64,000 nucleotides of DNA, taken from sequence record OQ708376.1. One strand, given 5' to 3'. Within the stretch, counting starts at the first letter, position 1. Each line of letters begins with the position of its first letter. This DNA is from Escherichia phage vB_EcoM_CRJP21. Positions 9,464 to 19,620 of this stretch are shown in pieces. The notes under the pieces were generated by a model. The model worked only from the letters and a program-made list of their open reading frames with translations. It searched no databases and had not been told where the DNA came from. A program made the translations under genes and the position numbers.

Positions 9464-10579
9464 ATGTCTAAATTAGAAAAGCTTCTAAAAGAATCATCTC
9501 TTTCTGATGAGGCAAAACAGCTAATTCAGGAAGCATGGAATGAAGAAAAGAATACACTAGCCGCAGAGATGCGTGAAGAAATGAAAGGCCGTTATCAGCA
9601 AGATTTGGCTGAACTAACCGAAGGTTTGAACACGATGGTTACTCAAGTCATTGCTGAAGAAATGGGTGCTGTATATGAAGAGAAAAAACGTCTCGTTGAA
9701 GATCGTGTAACTCTACGTAAAACACTAAGCAATTTCTCTGCGTTTTCAAACTCTGTTTTGGCTGAAGAAGTTAAACAAATGCGTAAAGAACGTAAGCATC
9801 TTCATGAATGCATGGGTAAATTCGTTAATTTTTCTAACGGTATCCTAGCAGAAGAGCTAAAAGAATTCCACACTGAAAAACGCCAACTAGTAGAAACTCG
9901 CGTTAAACTACTTGCTGAAGGTTCACGTCAAATTGCTGAAGCTCGTAATAACTTCATCAAACGTACATCTGAAAGTGCTGCTAAATATATTGCAGAAACC
10001 ACTCAGAAGAATCTATATGCGTTGAAACAAGATCTAGTGGAAGCAAAACAAAATATGTTTGGTCGTAAAATCTTTGAAGCATTTGCTCAAGAGTTTAATG
10101 TCAAACAATTTAATGAAAACTCATTGCTACGTTCCCTAACTGAATCAATTAAATCTAAAGAAGATGAAATTGCTCAAGTTAAGCAAGAACTACATGAAAC
10201 TGCTAATGCCGTTAAAGCTGCTAAAACCAAACTACGTATTATGGAAGATGCACAAGCACGTAATGCGATTATGTCTGAACTAGTAAAACCACTAACTGCA
10301 CAGCAAAAACAAATTATGGAATCCCTTCTAGCTACTTCACCTACTGAAAAGCTTAAAGAAGATTTCAGCAAGTACCATAAGTCAGTACTTAACGGTACTA
10401 AAGTAAATGAATCTGCTACCACTCGTCAAGCAGTTCAGTCTTCCGCTAAGAAAACTCTTGCAGAAGGTAAAGTAATCACTGGCAACCGTCAGGCTATTGT
10501 TGAAAGCGAAGAAATGACCGCTGACGATATGGCATTCCTAAAAGAACTCGATGTTCTTTCAGGTATCAATAAAAAATAA
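9464..10579 (+). CDS. Prohead scaffold protein (gp22-like, coiled-coil)
   Basis: K/E/A/Q-rich helical protein immediately upstream of major capsid gene; late-promoter-like TATAAATA at 9409-9416. Confidence 0.55.
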   Translation: MSKLEKLLKESSLSDEAKQLIQEAWNEEKNTLAAEMREEMKGRYQQDLAELTEGLNTMVTQVIAEEMGAVYEEKKRLVEDRVTLRKTLSNFSAFSNSVLAEEVKQMRKERKHLHECMGKFVNFSNGILAEELKEFHTEKRQLVETRVKLLAEGSRQIAEARNNFIKRTSESAAKYIAETTQKNLYALKQDLVEAKQNMFGRKIFEAFAQEFNVKQFNENSLLRSLTESIKSKEDEIAQVKQELHETANAVKAAKTKLRIMEDAQARNAIMSELVKPLTAQQKQIMESLLATSPTEKLKEDFSKYHKSVLNGTKVNESATTRQAVQSSAKKTLAEGKVITGNRQAIVESEEMTADDMAFLKELDVLSGINKK

Positions 10580-10617
10580 ACATTTTAAAGCATTTTAATA
10601 ATCAAATTTTTCAGTTC

Positions 10618-10625
10618 TATAAATA
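10618..10625 (+). promoter_or_regulatory. T4-type late promoter core TATAAATA upstream of capsid gene
   Basis: Exact TATAAATA about 45 nt upstream of ATG 10671; embedded in leader element shared with 7847-7907. Confidence 0.5.
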
Positions 10626-10670
10626 ATATCATACTGAAAAACGAATATAACATCTTTAAGGAGATATATA

Positions 10671-11846
10671 ATGTCACAACTACTAAATGAATCCAAATGG
10701 GTAGCAGTAAAAGAGAAACTAGTTGAAGGTCTACAGGGTACTCGTAAGTCTGTAATGGAAACTGTTCTTGATAACCATCGTAAAGTTATGCTAACTGAAT
10801 CCGCAACTTCTGGTGCAACTACCGCTGGTAACATCGCTACTCTAAACAAAGTGATTCTACCAATTATGCGTCGTGTAATGCCAACCGTTATTGCTAACGA
10901 AATCATCGGTGTTCAACCAATGACTGGTCCAGTTGGTCAGATCCACACCCTACGTGTGCAATATGCTGATAACGCACCTGGTGTTATCGCTGGTGAAGAA
11001 ATGCTTTCTCCATACAAAATCGCTAAATCCTACTCTGGTGATCTAAATGCGGATAATAGCAACCCACAAGCTGCTCCTACTAGCCAACTAGAAGGTACTA
11101 TGGGTCGTCGCGTTAACATCCGTATTCTACGTGAAACTGTTGAAGCGAAATCTCGTCGTCTATCTGCACGTTGGACTGTTGAATCTGCACAAGATGCTCA
11201 ATCCCAACATGGTGTTGACGTTGAAGCAGAACTAATGGCTGCAATCGCTCAAGAAGTTACCGTAGAAATCGACCAAGAGCTACTAAGCCGTCTACGTGCA
11301 CTACCTGGTGCTGCTGCTGTAACTTATGACCAATCTAAAGTTACTGGTGTTGCAACCTTCGTTGGTGATGAGCACGCTGCTCTAGCAACTCTAATTAACC
11401 GTCAAGCAAACGAAGTTGCTCGTCGTACTAAGCGTGGTGCTGCAAACTGGGCTGTTGTTTCCCCAACTGCACTAACCATTCTACAATCTGCTACTACTTC
11501 TAGCTTTGCACGTACCACTGAAGGTACTTTCGAAGCACCAACTAACGTTAAGTTTGTAGGTACTCTAAACAGCACTATGCGTATTTTTGTTGATACTTAT
11601 GCAAGTGATGCAGAAGATATTCTAATTGGTTATAAAGGTAATGCAGAAACTGATGCTGGTGTGTTCTATTGCCCATACATCCCACTAATGGCTTCCGGTA
11701 CTGTAATGGACCCTAACACTGGGGAATTGGTCACAACTTTCTTAACCAGGTATGGTTATGTTCAGTTGACCGATAGCACCAGTTCACTAGGTAACGCTGC
11801 GGACTACTACAGCAAAATCGCTATCAAAAACGTTACTTTCATGTAA
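10671..11846 (+). CDS. Major capsid protein (T4 gp23-like)
   Basis: IANEIIGVQPMTGPVGQIHTLRVQY matches T4 gp23 IAFDICGVQPMNSPTGQVFALRAVY; ETVEAKSRRLSARWTVESAQD and GYKGNAETDAGVFYCPYIPL also match gp23. Confidence 0.9.
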   Translation: MSQLLNESKWVAVKEKLVEGLQGTRKSVMETVLDNHRKVMLTESATSGATTAGNIATLNKVILPIMRRVMPTVIANEIIGVQPMTGPVGQIHTLRVQYADNAPGVIAGEEMLSPYKIAKSYSGDLNADNSNPQAAPTSQLEGTMGRRVNIRILRETVEAKSRRLSARWTVESAQDAQSQHGVDVEAELMAAIAQEVTVEIDQELLSRLRALPGAAAVTYDQSKVTGVATFVGDEHAALATLINRQANEVARRTKRGAANWAVVSPTALTILQSATTSSFARTTEGTFEAPTNVKFVGTLNSTMRIFVDTYASDAEDILIGYKGNAETDAGVFYCPYIPLMASGTVMDPNTGELVTTFLTRYGYVQLTDSTSSLGNAADYYSKIAIKNVTFM

Positions 11847-11890
11847 TTGTAATAGATTTAAAAGATTTAATCAAAAAAAATAAAAACAAT

Positions 11891-11920
11891 AGGGACTCTT
11901 CGGAGTCCCTTTTCTTTTTA
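11891..11920 (+). terminator. Strong rho-independent terminator after capsid gene
   Basis: agggactc-ttcg-gagtccct hairpin followed by TTTTCTTTTT. Confidence 0.8.
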
Positions 11921-11931
11921 TTAAAAAACCC

Positions 11932-11960
11932 TTGACACAATGTTCTGGAATGTATATAAT
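11932..11960 (+). promoter_or_regulatory. Consensus sigma70-type promoter (TTGACA-N17-TATAAT)
   Basis: TTGACA 11932-11937, 17-nt spacer, TATAAT 11955-11960. Confidence 0.65.
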
Positions 11961-11992
11961 ACGCACATACACGAAAATAAAGAGACAAAATT

Positions 11993-13090
11993 ATGCCAAA
12001 CGTAAGTATCACCAAAGAAGAGTTTATCAGCAAAATGACTGCTAAGTATGGTGAATTTGATTTCAGTACTTTAGTATTCAAAGCAAGTAAGACAACAGTG
12101 AAATGTAACAAGTGTGGAAAAGAAAACACCAAACCTGCACTTCGTCACATTGCATGTACATGTGCATCATGTTATTCAAACATGTCACAACGTTCAAACA
12201 ACGACACATTCATCAGTACTGTAGAAACTAAATTTGGAAAAGATAAATTCAAATTTGATAAACTAAATTACACTAATGCTATATCAAAAGTAACAATTTT
12301 CTGCACAGATGAAGATCACAATGATTACTTTGAAATTACACCCAATAAATTTCTTTCTGGTAAAGGATGCCCCGTATGTAATAAAAATGAAGCATACAGT
12401 ACTGAAGAGTTCAAAGAAAAAGTAAAAGATAATTATGGTGATTTATTGGATTTAACTAACACGGTGTATGTAAATCAAAAAACTAAAGTAACTGTGTATT
12501 GTAACGCAGGTAATCATGAATGGACAGTTGATCCAAAAACTTTACTTGTTGGTAAGACTGGATGTGGTACATGCTCCGGTAAAGGCGGTCGAAGTACTGA
12601 ACGTTTCATTGAACTTGTGTCGCCTATCCATAACCATAAGTATGATTATAGCTTGGTGGATTACAAGACTAGTGATGAACATGTGGATATTATTTGTCCT
12701 GAACATGGTGTCTTTAAACAAATACCCAAATCTCATATGGCAGGAAGAGGATGTCCATCATGTGGTGAGTATGGTTATCAACCATCAAAGCCTGGATATT
12801 TCTATGTACAAAAACTATCTAATAACTCAAAAGTCGTTTACAAATACGGAATTACCGGAGACATGAAGAGACGAATTCATGAACAAAGTCGCAATTCTGA
12901 GTTCGAGCATGAAGTACTGGTAGAACGTTACTTTGAGGATGGTAATAAACCATTATTATTGGAAAAGTTTATCAAGCAATACATTGAAAGTGGTGTTGTA
13001 AGTACTGAAGAGTTACCGTCAGGATTTACTGAAACATTTGATGCTAAGTATCTTGAAAGTGTTTTAGAAATTGTAAATACTTTTAAGTAA
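11993..13090 (+). CDS. Multi-zinc-ribbon protein with C-terminal T5orf172/GIY-YIG-like domain
   Basis: Four repeats of the type GKGCPVCNK / GKTGCGTCSGK / GRGCPSCGE; C-terminus GYFYV...KYGITGDMKRRIHEQ...FTETFD resembles T5orf172 domain. Confidence 0.55.
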   Translation: MPNVSITKEEFISKMTAKYGEFDFSTLVFKASKTTVKCNKCGKENTKPALRHIACTCASCYSNMSQRSNNDTFISTVETKFGKDKFKFDKLNYTNAISKVTIFCTDEDHNDYFEITPNKFLSGKGCPVCNKNEAYSTEEFKEKVKDNYGDLLDLTNTVYVNQKTKVTVYCNAGNHEWTVDPKTLLVGKTGCGTCSGKGGRSTERFIELVSPIHNHKYDYSLVDYKTSDEHVDIICPEHGVFKQIPKSHMAGRGCPSCGEYGYQPSKPGYFYVQKLSNNSKVVYKYGITGDMKRRIHEQSRNSEFEHEVLVERYFEDGNKPLLLEKFIKQYIESGVVSTEELPSGFTETFDAKYLESVLEIVNTFK

Positions 13091-13113
13091 ACAATCTAAA
13101 GGAGTTGACACGG

Positions 13114-13464
13114 ATGTTAACTGTATACAAATTTAACAAAGAAGAGTACTTAAAGAGTCAGTACTCAAATATAGAAATAAATGTTCCTTATGGTACGTTA
13201 GTTGGATATGATGAAGCCACTGAAACATTGTATTATAATGATGATAGATTGGATTATAGTTTAGATTCTTTTATAGAAGATATACTAAACACACATACTG
13301 AAGATATGTTATATGAAGAATACATAGATCATTATAGGGAACGTATGTCACAATTACACTCAGACGCTCCAGTACTAAACATTACACAAGAACCTTCTGA
13401 ATTTCAGCCCCATAATCCTTTTCAACGTTTAATAGATATTGGTTTGAAATTCACTATTAGTTGA
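13114..13464 (+). CDS. Hypothetical protein
   Basis: ORF with RBS GGAG at 13101-13104 and ATG 13114. Confidence 0.45.
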   Translation: MLTVYKFNKEEYLKSQYSNIEINVPYGTLVGYDEATETLYYNDDRLDYSLDSFIEDILNTHTEDMLYEEYIDHYRERMSQLHSDAPVLNITQEPSEFQPHNPFQRLIDIGLKFTIS

Positions 13465-13503
13465 TAGATAAATATCTCCATATTAATGATGGAGATTGAA
13501 TCT

Positions 13504-13812
13504 ATGTCACAGATATGTTATGTTATAATAAATTCTGCATGGCCTGAGTATGTTAAAATTGGTTTTACTTCAAAATCAGAAATGACAGAACGTCTAAGAA
13601 CGTATCAGACTGCTACACCATTTCGTGACTTTGAAGTATATCATGAAGTTCATTTTGATGATGCACGTTTGGCTGAAAAAGAAATACATAAAAGGCTTAA
13701 GCAGATGAATGCAACTAGACAACCCAATACCGAGTGGTTTAAAATGTCTAAAAAGATAGCAGCCAACATTATTGATTCCGTATGGGATGATATGGATAAC
13801 GACTTGCTATAG
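13504..13812 (+). CDS. T5orf172-domain (GIY-YIG superfamily) protein
   Basis: CYVIINSAWPEYVKIGFTS...ERLRTYQT...TEWFKMS matches T5orf172/MUG113 pattern. Confidence 0.6.
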   Translation: MSQICYVIINSAWPEYVKIGFTSKSEMTERLRTYQTATPFRDFEVYHEVHFDDARLAEKEIHKRLKQMNATRQPNTEWFKMSKKIAANIIDSVWDDMDNDLL

Positions 13813-13852
13813 GAATAAATATAGTATATATTAATCATAAAGGGATTTATAC

Positions 13853-15463
13853 ATGAGCATAAGTTTTAATAACCCATTGGATACAATGACCAGTACTGGT
13901 GCTAATGGATCTTTAGAACTAATAGTGCTTGGTGGTACACCAACTAACCCAAGACCTATTCGTTTTAACTCGTCATCAGTTATCATACCAGTACAAACTT
14001 TACCAACTGGTGAACAAGGTGCAATGGTCTTTGATAGAAACGAGTTAGTTTTGAAGTATCATAACGGTACTAGTTGGATTGCAGTATACGATACTGATAC
14101 CATTTTAGAACCAATTAGAATTTCACTTGATGAAGTAAATAGAAAACTAAATTTAAAAGTAGAAAGTGTAACTTATAGTAGTAGTACTGTTCCTAGTGCA
14201 AGTATTAGTGGAACAAACTTAAACATTGTATTCCCTACTGCTTCTAGTGGTGGTTCTGGTCCAACTGGTCTTTACACTTCACTTAAACCTGGTGCTATTA
14301 CACAATATTCATTGACTTCTGGTCAATCTGTTGCTAGTATACGTGAACAAATGTCAGGACAATCGAATGGACAAAGTGGGAGAAACGGTTCACAAGGTGC
14401 TCCGTGGAAAACGTCTGACGGTTGGTGTTTTGCTGATGGTATGTGGTGGCAATGGGAGGGGGAAAATGGTACAATTACCAAACAAGTACCAAACCTTAAC
14501 CAAAACGCGTACTTAAAAGGGATATCCACATCAGGTGTAACTAAAACTGATAGTGTTATTGGTAGTAGCGGTAATATTAGCGGCACAGTATTAAGTGTTG
14601 CCCAATTACCATCACACTCATTTAGTTTTAGTGGGACCACAGGGGCTGCTGGTCGTCATGGTCATAGTCAAGCACTAAAAGGTATGGACCGTAGTGGTCT
14701 AAATGCGTTAACTTCAAGTAATGATAACGGTATACCAACTGTAATCAATAACATTAACGAAGCACCAGACCACATTCACTCATTTAGTGGAAACACTAAC
14801 ACACTTGGTGGAAACCAACCACACTATCATGGTATTAGTAACATTGATGTGGAACACTTTAACGTTGCATATCTATATAACATTGCTGAATCTAACGTCG
14901 CATTGAGTGAAAAAGTTGCAAACACTCGTTATGTACTAAAAACTGGTGATACAATGACTGGTTCATTGACTATTGCAAACAGTGCGTCAATTAAGTCAAA
15001 TGATACATCATTAGTTCTATATTTCCGTAACGCAAGCGGTGGTGAGCGTGCGGCAGTGTATCATAACTCTTCAAATAATACATTGAGATTACGTTCCGGT
15101 GGAGCAGAAGTTACTGTAAACTCTTCTGGTACGTTAGCTGCTCCATCATTAACTGTTTCTAACAACTCAGCTACTGTTGGTGGTAAAAATATTGTTCGTT
15201 CAATTAACGGTACTGCTGCTGATGCTAGTGGCAACGTTACTTTGCAAATTAGTACTAATAACGTACAAAGTATTCGTTTGAGTGCACGTATTGAAACAAG
15301 TAAAATACCTGATTCTTCATGGACATATACACCAGAAGGTGCATTTATGGATGGCGTATGGATTTCTGTTAATGGTAGTTCAGGCACTCACTTAGAACGA
15401 ATTAGTTATCGCTATGTTCAAATGCAAATAAATGGTAACTGGGAAACAGTACGTCAACAATAA
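13853..15463 (+). CDS. Tail fiber protein
   Basis: 536-aa ORF; tail-fiber hallmark KTGDTMTGSLTI; HxH motifs (PDHIHSF, PHYHGI); followed by Tfa-type gene. Confidence 0.6.
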   Translation: MSISFNNPLDTMTSTGANGSLELIVLGGTPTNPRPIRFNSSSVIIPVQTLPTGEQGAMVFDRNELVLKYHNGTSWIAVYDTDTILEPIRISLDEVNRKLNLKVESVTYSSSTVPSASISGTNLNIVFPTASSGGSGPTGLYTSLKPGAITQYSLTSGQSVASIREQMSGQSNGQSGRNGSQGAPWKTSDGWCFADGMWWQWEGENGTITKQVPNLNQNAYLKGISTSGVTKTDSVIGSSGNISGTVLSVAQLPSHSFSFSGTTGAAGRHGHSQALKGMDRSGLNALTSSNDNGIPTVINNINEAPDHIHSFSGNTNTLGGNQPHYHGISNIDVEHFNVAYLYNIAESNVALSEKVANTRYVLKTGDTMTGSLTIANSASIKSNDTSLVLYFRNASGGERAAVYHNSSNNTLRLRSGGAEVTVNSSGTLAAPSLTVSNNSATVGGKNIVRSINGTAADASGNVTLQISTNNVQSIRLSARIETSKIPDSSWTYTPEGAFMDGVWISVNGSSGTHLERISYRYVQMQINGNWETVRQQ

Positions 15464-15473
15464 GGAATGTGTA

Positions 15474-15989
15474 ATGCAACTAACAAATTTTAAGATGTAT
15501 GAAAAAGAAGGTGGTAATCCTAATTCTTTGTATATGATGTCCGATGAAGGTATGGATTGGTATGAATCTCGTGAATTGTTTGACATTAATAAAGCAAAAT
15601 TTATGTATGATACTAATGGTTTAATTGTTTCAGCATCATATAACATTTATGATCTAGTACCTTTAGGTTTTAGTGTTTCTGAAATTGAATATGATGGTGA
15701 TATTAACAAACTTTATGGTATGGTTTACGATGGAAATACTATTCATGACTATATTGAAACTAAAGAAGAAAAAATTGAACGCCTAAAAAATGAATTATCT
15801 AATTTGAAATACATTGCAATTCAAGAACTTGGACACTTAAAAACTGCTATGGATCTTGAGTTAGCAACTGATGAAGAAGCTGTATTGTTTGTAAAATTGA
15901 AAGATTATGTAACGCAATTGAATTCAATCAAACCAGCAGACATGATCAAGAAAACATTTTCATTTCCAGTTAAACCGGAAAAAAAATGA
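15474..15989 (+). CDS. Tail fiber assembly protein (lambda Tfa-like)
   Basis: C-terminal LELATDEEAVLFVKLKDYVTQLNSIKP resembles lambda Tfa [31 protein letters not shown]. Confidence 0.55.
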   Translation: MQLTNFKMYEKEGGNPNSLYMMSDEGMDWYESRELFDINKAKFMYDTNGLIVSASYNIYDLVPLGFSVSEIEYDGDINKLYGMVYDGNTIHDYIETKEEKIERLKNELSNLKYIAIQELGHLKTAMDLELATDEEAVLFVKLKDYVTQLNSIKPADMIKKTFSFPVKPEKK

Positions 15990-16022
15990 GACAACACGTA
16001 AAGACGTGATACAATTAAGTCA

Positions 16023-16054
16023 TCTCACCGATTGTGGTGAGGTGACATTTTTTT
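16023..16054 (+). terminator. Rho-independent terminator
   Basis: ctcacc...ggtgag hairpin followed by CATTTTTTTG. Confidence 0.6.
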
Positions 16055-16079
16055 GAAAACACACATGGAGAAATACAAA

Positions 16080-16382
16080 ATGGCTAAATCTAAAAAAGAA
16101 GTTAAAGTTGAAATTCGTGATCTAAACGATGAACAACGTAAACGTCTCGGCGATGCACTTAACAACATTGTTGTACAACTAACTTTCATTGATGATACCA
16201 AAGCATCCTTATCTGATTTTGTTTCTAGTGTTTCTGATGAACTTGGTATCGATGCATCTGATATCAAACAAGCTGCACAACGTATGTACAAAGGTGATTA
16301 CTTTGACAAACAAAATAAACTCGATAATATCGAAACTATTCTTAGTGTTACTAATAATCTTCCACAAGCAGATGATTACTAA
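16080..16382 (+). CDS. Hypothetical protein
   Basis: ORF with RBS GGAG 16066-16069; between two terminators, upstream of DNA polymerase. Confidence 0.5.
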   Translation: MAKSKKEVKVEIRDLNDEQRKRLGDALNNIVVQLTFIDDTKASLSDFVSSVSDELGIDASDIKQAAQRMYKGDYFDKQNKLDNIETILSVTNNLPQADDY

Positions 16383-16404
16383 TTAGTACTAAAATATATT
16401 AAAT

Positions 16405-16432
16405 AGCCTCCAATGACGGAGGCTTTCTTTTT
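16405..16432 (+). terminator. Rho-independent terminator
   Basis: agcctcc-aatgac-ggaggct hairpin followed by TTCTTTTT. Confidence 0.7.
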
Positions 16433-16461
16433 AACTTAATAAACGTAAGGGAATACAAACG

Positions 16462-19400
16462 ATGTATATCGATGCTTATATGGAACGTAAACGTACTGGT
16501 GATATTCTTCATGTAGTTGAACGTAAGAATGGTAAACGTATTCTACGCGAATTAGAACCAGTATATGAATATTATGTTGAATCCCCACAAGGAACACATA
16601 AAACTGTTTATGGTACAATGGCTAAACATTTTGAGTTTCAAACTCAAGCTCAAATGAATAAAAGTGTAGAGAAACACAAAAGTGAAGGTCTACGTATTTT
16701 TGAAAGTGATTGTAACATTACATTTAAAACATTAGCCAAAGAATATATGGGAAAAGGCTCACCCGATTTGAACATCGTGTTCTTCGATATCGAGACTGAT
16801 TTCCATAAGAAATTTGGTTATGCTCCACCATCAGACCCGTTTAACCGAGTAACCGCTATTTCTCTATATCAATCATGGACTGGAAAGGATTATGTACTTA
16901 CTTTACCACCTGCTGATATGGAAATTTATGAAGCACAAGATATTGTTCGCCAACTAAATGAAGAAACAAACGATCCTAACAGTACTGTAATTTTATATAC
17001 AGACGAAAAGGAAATGTTTATGGAATTCTTTAGTTTAATTGATGATTCTGATGTTATTTCAGGATGGAATAGTGAATTCTTTGATATTCCATATATGATC
17101 AATCGAACTAAAAAAATCTTCAATGAAGCAACAACTGCTCGTTGGTGTTTATGGAATAAAAAACCAAATTCACGTGAAGCAGACAACTTTGGTAAAACTG
17201 TTCAAACATATGATCTGGTAGGTCGCGTCCATCTTGATTATTTGGCTTTGTATAAGAAACATGCTGGTCAAGTTGAACAATCTTATAAACTAGATTATAT
17301 TGCTGAAAAAGTAACTAAAGAAAATAAAGTATCATATGAAGGTTCATTGGATAAACTTTACAGAGAGGATTACATTACTTTCTTGCGTTATTCTAAACAG
17401 GATAGTATTCTTCTTAAAAAGATTGATGCTAAATGTGACTATATCAACCTACACAATCGACTTGCACACAAAGAATGTGTACTTATCAGCACAACAATGG
17501 GTTCAGTAGCACTAATCGACACTGCTATTATCAACTTAGCACATACTCGTGGTGAAGTTGTTTTTAACAAAGCACCTAAAGATGATCTTGAGTTTGATCC
17601 AGAAATGGAATATTATGGTGAAGATGGTGAAGATGAAGATGAGAAAATTAGTGCAAAAGCAGCAGGTGCATGGGTACAAGATCCAGTACTAGGACTTGTA
17701 AGTGACCTTGGGTGTACTGACTTTAACTCTCTTTACCCTACAGTTCTACGCACTTTGGGTATGAGTACTGAATGTATTCTTGGTCAATTACGTCAAGATT
17801 ACACCGATGCGTATCTTGCAGCTAAAATCCAAGAACAGAAGAACAAATCTAAATCTAAATCATTTGAACCAGATTGGACTGCGGCATGGCATGGTTTATT
17901 TGCTGCTGTTGAATTTACAATGGTTCATGAAAAGTCAGAAGAAACATTGATTGTTGATTTAGAAGATGGGAGTTCTTTTAAAGCAACGGGCAAAGAGCTA
18001 TATGATATTATTTTTGCAGAAGATAGTACTATTGTACTTAGTGCAAACGGAACACTTTTTGATAAGTCTAAGTCTGGTGTAATTCCTGACATTCTAACTC
18101 AATGGTATTCTGAACGTAAAGCACAGCAAAAAATGGTCATTGACTACAAACATATGTATACTGATGGTTGGGAGTTTAATGGCTATGAAAAAGTCGAACC
18201 ACTACTATCAAACTATACCCCTGGTACAATGTTTAGAACTAATATTCATGATAATGATCCTGTATACTTACTTCGTAAAGAAATTGGTAAAGGACAATGG
18301 GATGAAGTTGCTAAGTTGATTGTAGAAAATGGTTTAGTACTAAAAGATGGTCGTATTTTCTGTCCTAAAGAAGAAAAAGATTACTTCAAACAACGTAGTG
18401 CTTTCTGGAAACAGAACCAACAGATTCGTAAGATTCTTCTAAACAGTCTATATGGTGCACTATTGAACAAAGGTTCTCGTTTCTTTGACAAACGTTTAGG
18501 TCAATCCGTAACATTAACTGGACGTTCTATGACCAAACATATGGCAAGTCGTATCAATGAGATTACTACTGGTGTATATAATCACCAAGGTGGTTCAGTA
18601 ATTTATGGTGATACTGACTCAGTTTACTTTAGTGTAACGCATTATCTGAAAGAACAAGGTATTCCATATAATCTATCTAAAGAAGAGATTGTTGATATGT
18701 ATATTAAAATTGGTGAAGAAGTTGGTGAATCTTTCCCATCATTTATGCATGAGATGTTCAACACTGGTATTGAAAAAGGTAAGATTGTTGGTGCAGACCT
18801 TGAGATGGTTGGTTCACGTGGCCTATTCTTGAAGAAAAAACGTTATGCAATTCTGAAGTACTGGGAAGATGGGTTCCGTAAAGATATTGATGGTAAACCA
18901 GGTGAAATCAAAGCGATGGGTCTTGAAATTAAACGCTCAGACACGCCAAAATACATCCAGAACTTCCTAGAAGAGACTCTAATCGCATTACTGGTAGGTG
19001 AGAGTGAACAGCAGCTAAAACAGCGTGTACGTGAGTTTAAGGACGTATTTAAGGATATGCCTGTACATGAAAAAGGTTCACCAAAAACTGTAAAAAACTA
19101 CACTAATTTAGAGGCTGAATATCAGCTAACTGGTAAGTGTAAAGTTGGTCACGTTCTTGCTGGTATCCAATGGAACCGTCTACGTGAAGTTTATGATGAT
19201 AAATCTGTTCCAGAAGTAACAGATGGAACAAAAGTAATTGTCTGTAACTTAAAAGATAATCCTATGGGAATTAAAGCTGTTGGATATCCAATTGACTGTG
19301 TTGAGTATCTACCAGAATGGTTCTTGGAACTACCATTTGATACTGAAAAAATGGAAGAGATTGTTCTAACTAAAAAATTAGAGAATATTTTTGGTATTTT

Positions 19401-19467
19401 GGATATGGATATTGGTATTCATGAAAAAAGTACTGCGTCAGTAAACAATGGATTCTTCACTTGGTAA
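16462..19467 (+). CDS. DNA polymerase, family B (T4 gp43-like)
   Basis: Exo I FFDIETD; pol motif A DFNSLYPT; motif B KILLNSLYGAL; motif C YGDTDSVYF. Confidence 0.95.
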   Translation: MYIDAYMERKRTGDILHVVERKNGKRILRELEPVYEYYVESPQGTHKTVYGTMAKHFEFQTQAQMNKSVEKHKSEGLRIFESDCNITFKTLAKEYMGKGSPDLNIVFFDIETDFHKKFGYAPPSDPFNRVTAISLYQSWTGKDYVLTLPPADMEIYEAQDIVRQLNEETNDPNSTVILYTDEKEMFMEFFSLIDDSDVISGWNSEFFDIPYMINRTKKIFNEATTARWCLWNKKPNSREADNFGKTVQTYDLVGRVHLDYLALYKKHAGQVEQSYKLDYIAEKVTKENKVSYEGSLDKLYREDYITFLRYSKQDSILLKKIDAKCDYINLHNRLAHKECVLISTTMGSVALIDTAIINLAHTRGEVVFNKAPKDDLEFDPEMEYYGEDGEDEDEKISAKAAGAWVQDPVLGLVSDLGCTDFNSLYPTVLRTLGMSTECILGQLRQDYTDAYLAAKIQEQKNKSKSKSFEPDWTAAWHGLFAAVEFTMVHEKSEETLIVDLEDGSSFKATGKELYDIIFAEDSTIVLSANGTLFDKSKSGVIPDILTQWYSERKAQQKMVIDYKHMYTDGWEFNGYEKVEPLLSNYTPGTMFRTNIHDNDPVYLLRKEIGKGQWDEVAKLIVENGLVLKDGRIFCPKEEKDYFKQRSAFWKQNQQIRKILLNSLYGALLNKGSRFFDKRLGQSVTLTGRSMTKHMASRINEITTGVYNHQGGSVIYGDTDSVYFSVTHYLKEQGIPYNLSKEEIVDMYIKIGEEVGESFPSFMHEMFNTGIEKGKIVGADLEMVGSRGLFLKKKRYAILKYWEDGFRKDIDGKPGEIKAMGLEIKRSDTPKYIQNFLEETLIALLVGESEQQLKQRVREFKDVFKDMPVHEKGSPKTVKNYTNLEAEYQLTGKCKVGHVLAGIQWNRLREVYDDKSVPEVTDGTKVIVCNLKDNPMGIKAVGYPIDCVEYLPEWFLELPFDTEKMEEIVLTKKLENIFGILDMDIGIHEKSTASVNNGFFTW

Positions 19468-19620
19468 GGAGTAATAATATGGTTATTGTAAATGAAATTG
19501 AACTAAACTATGATGAAGTAAACGATACTTTCACTAATGAGATGTTGAATCTTACTGAAGAAAGTGTAAATGAGGCATGGGAAAAATATGTAGAATGGAC
19601 TTCATTACAAGGTAAAAATA

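Noticed and set aside
16462-19467. Possible intein or intron in DNA polymerase, NrdA or helicase genes
   Set aside because: Protein lengths and motif spacing are consistent with uninterrupted enzymes; no homing-endonuclease-like insertion or intron-like gap between conserved motifs.
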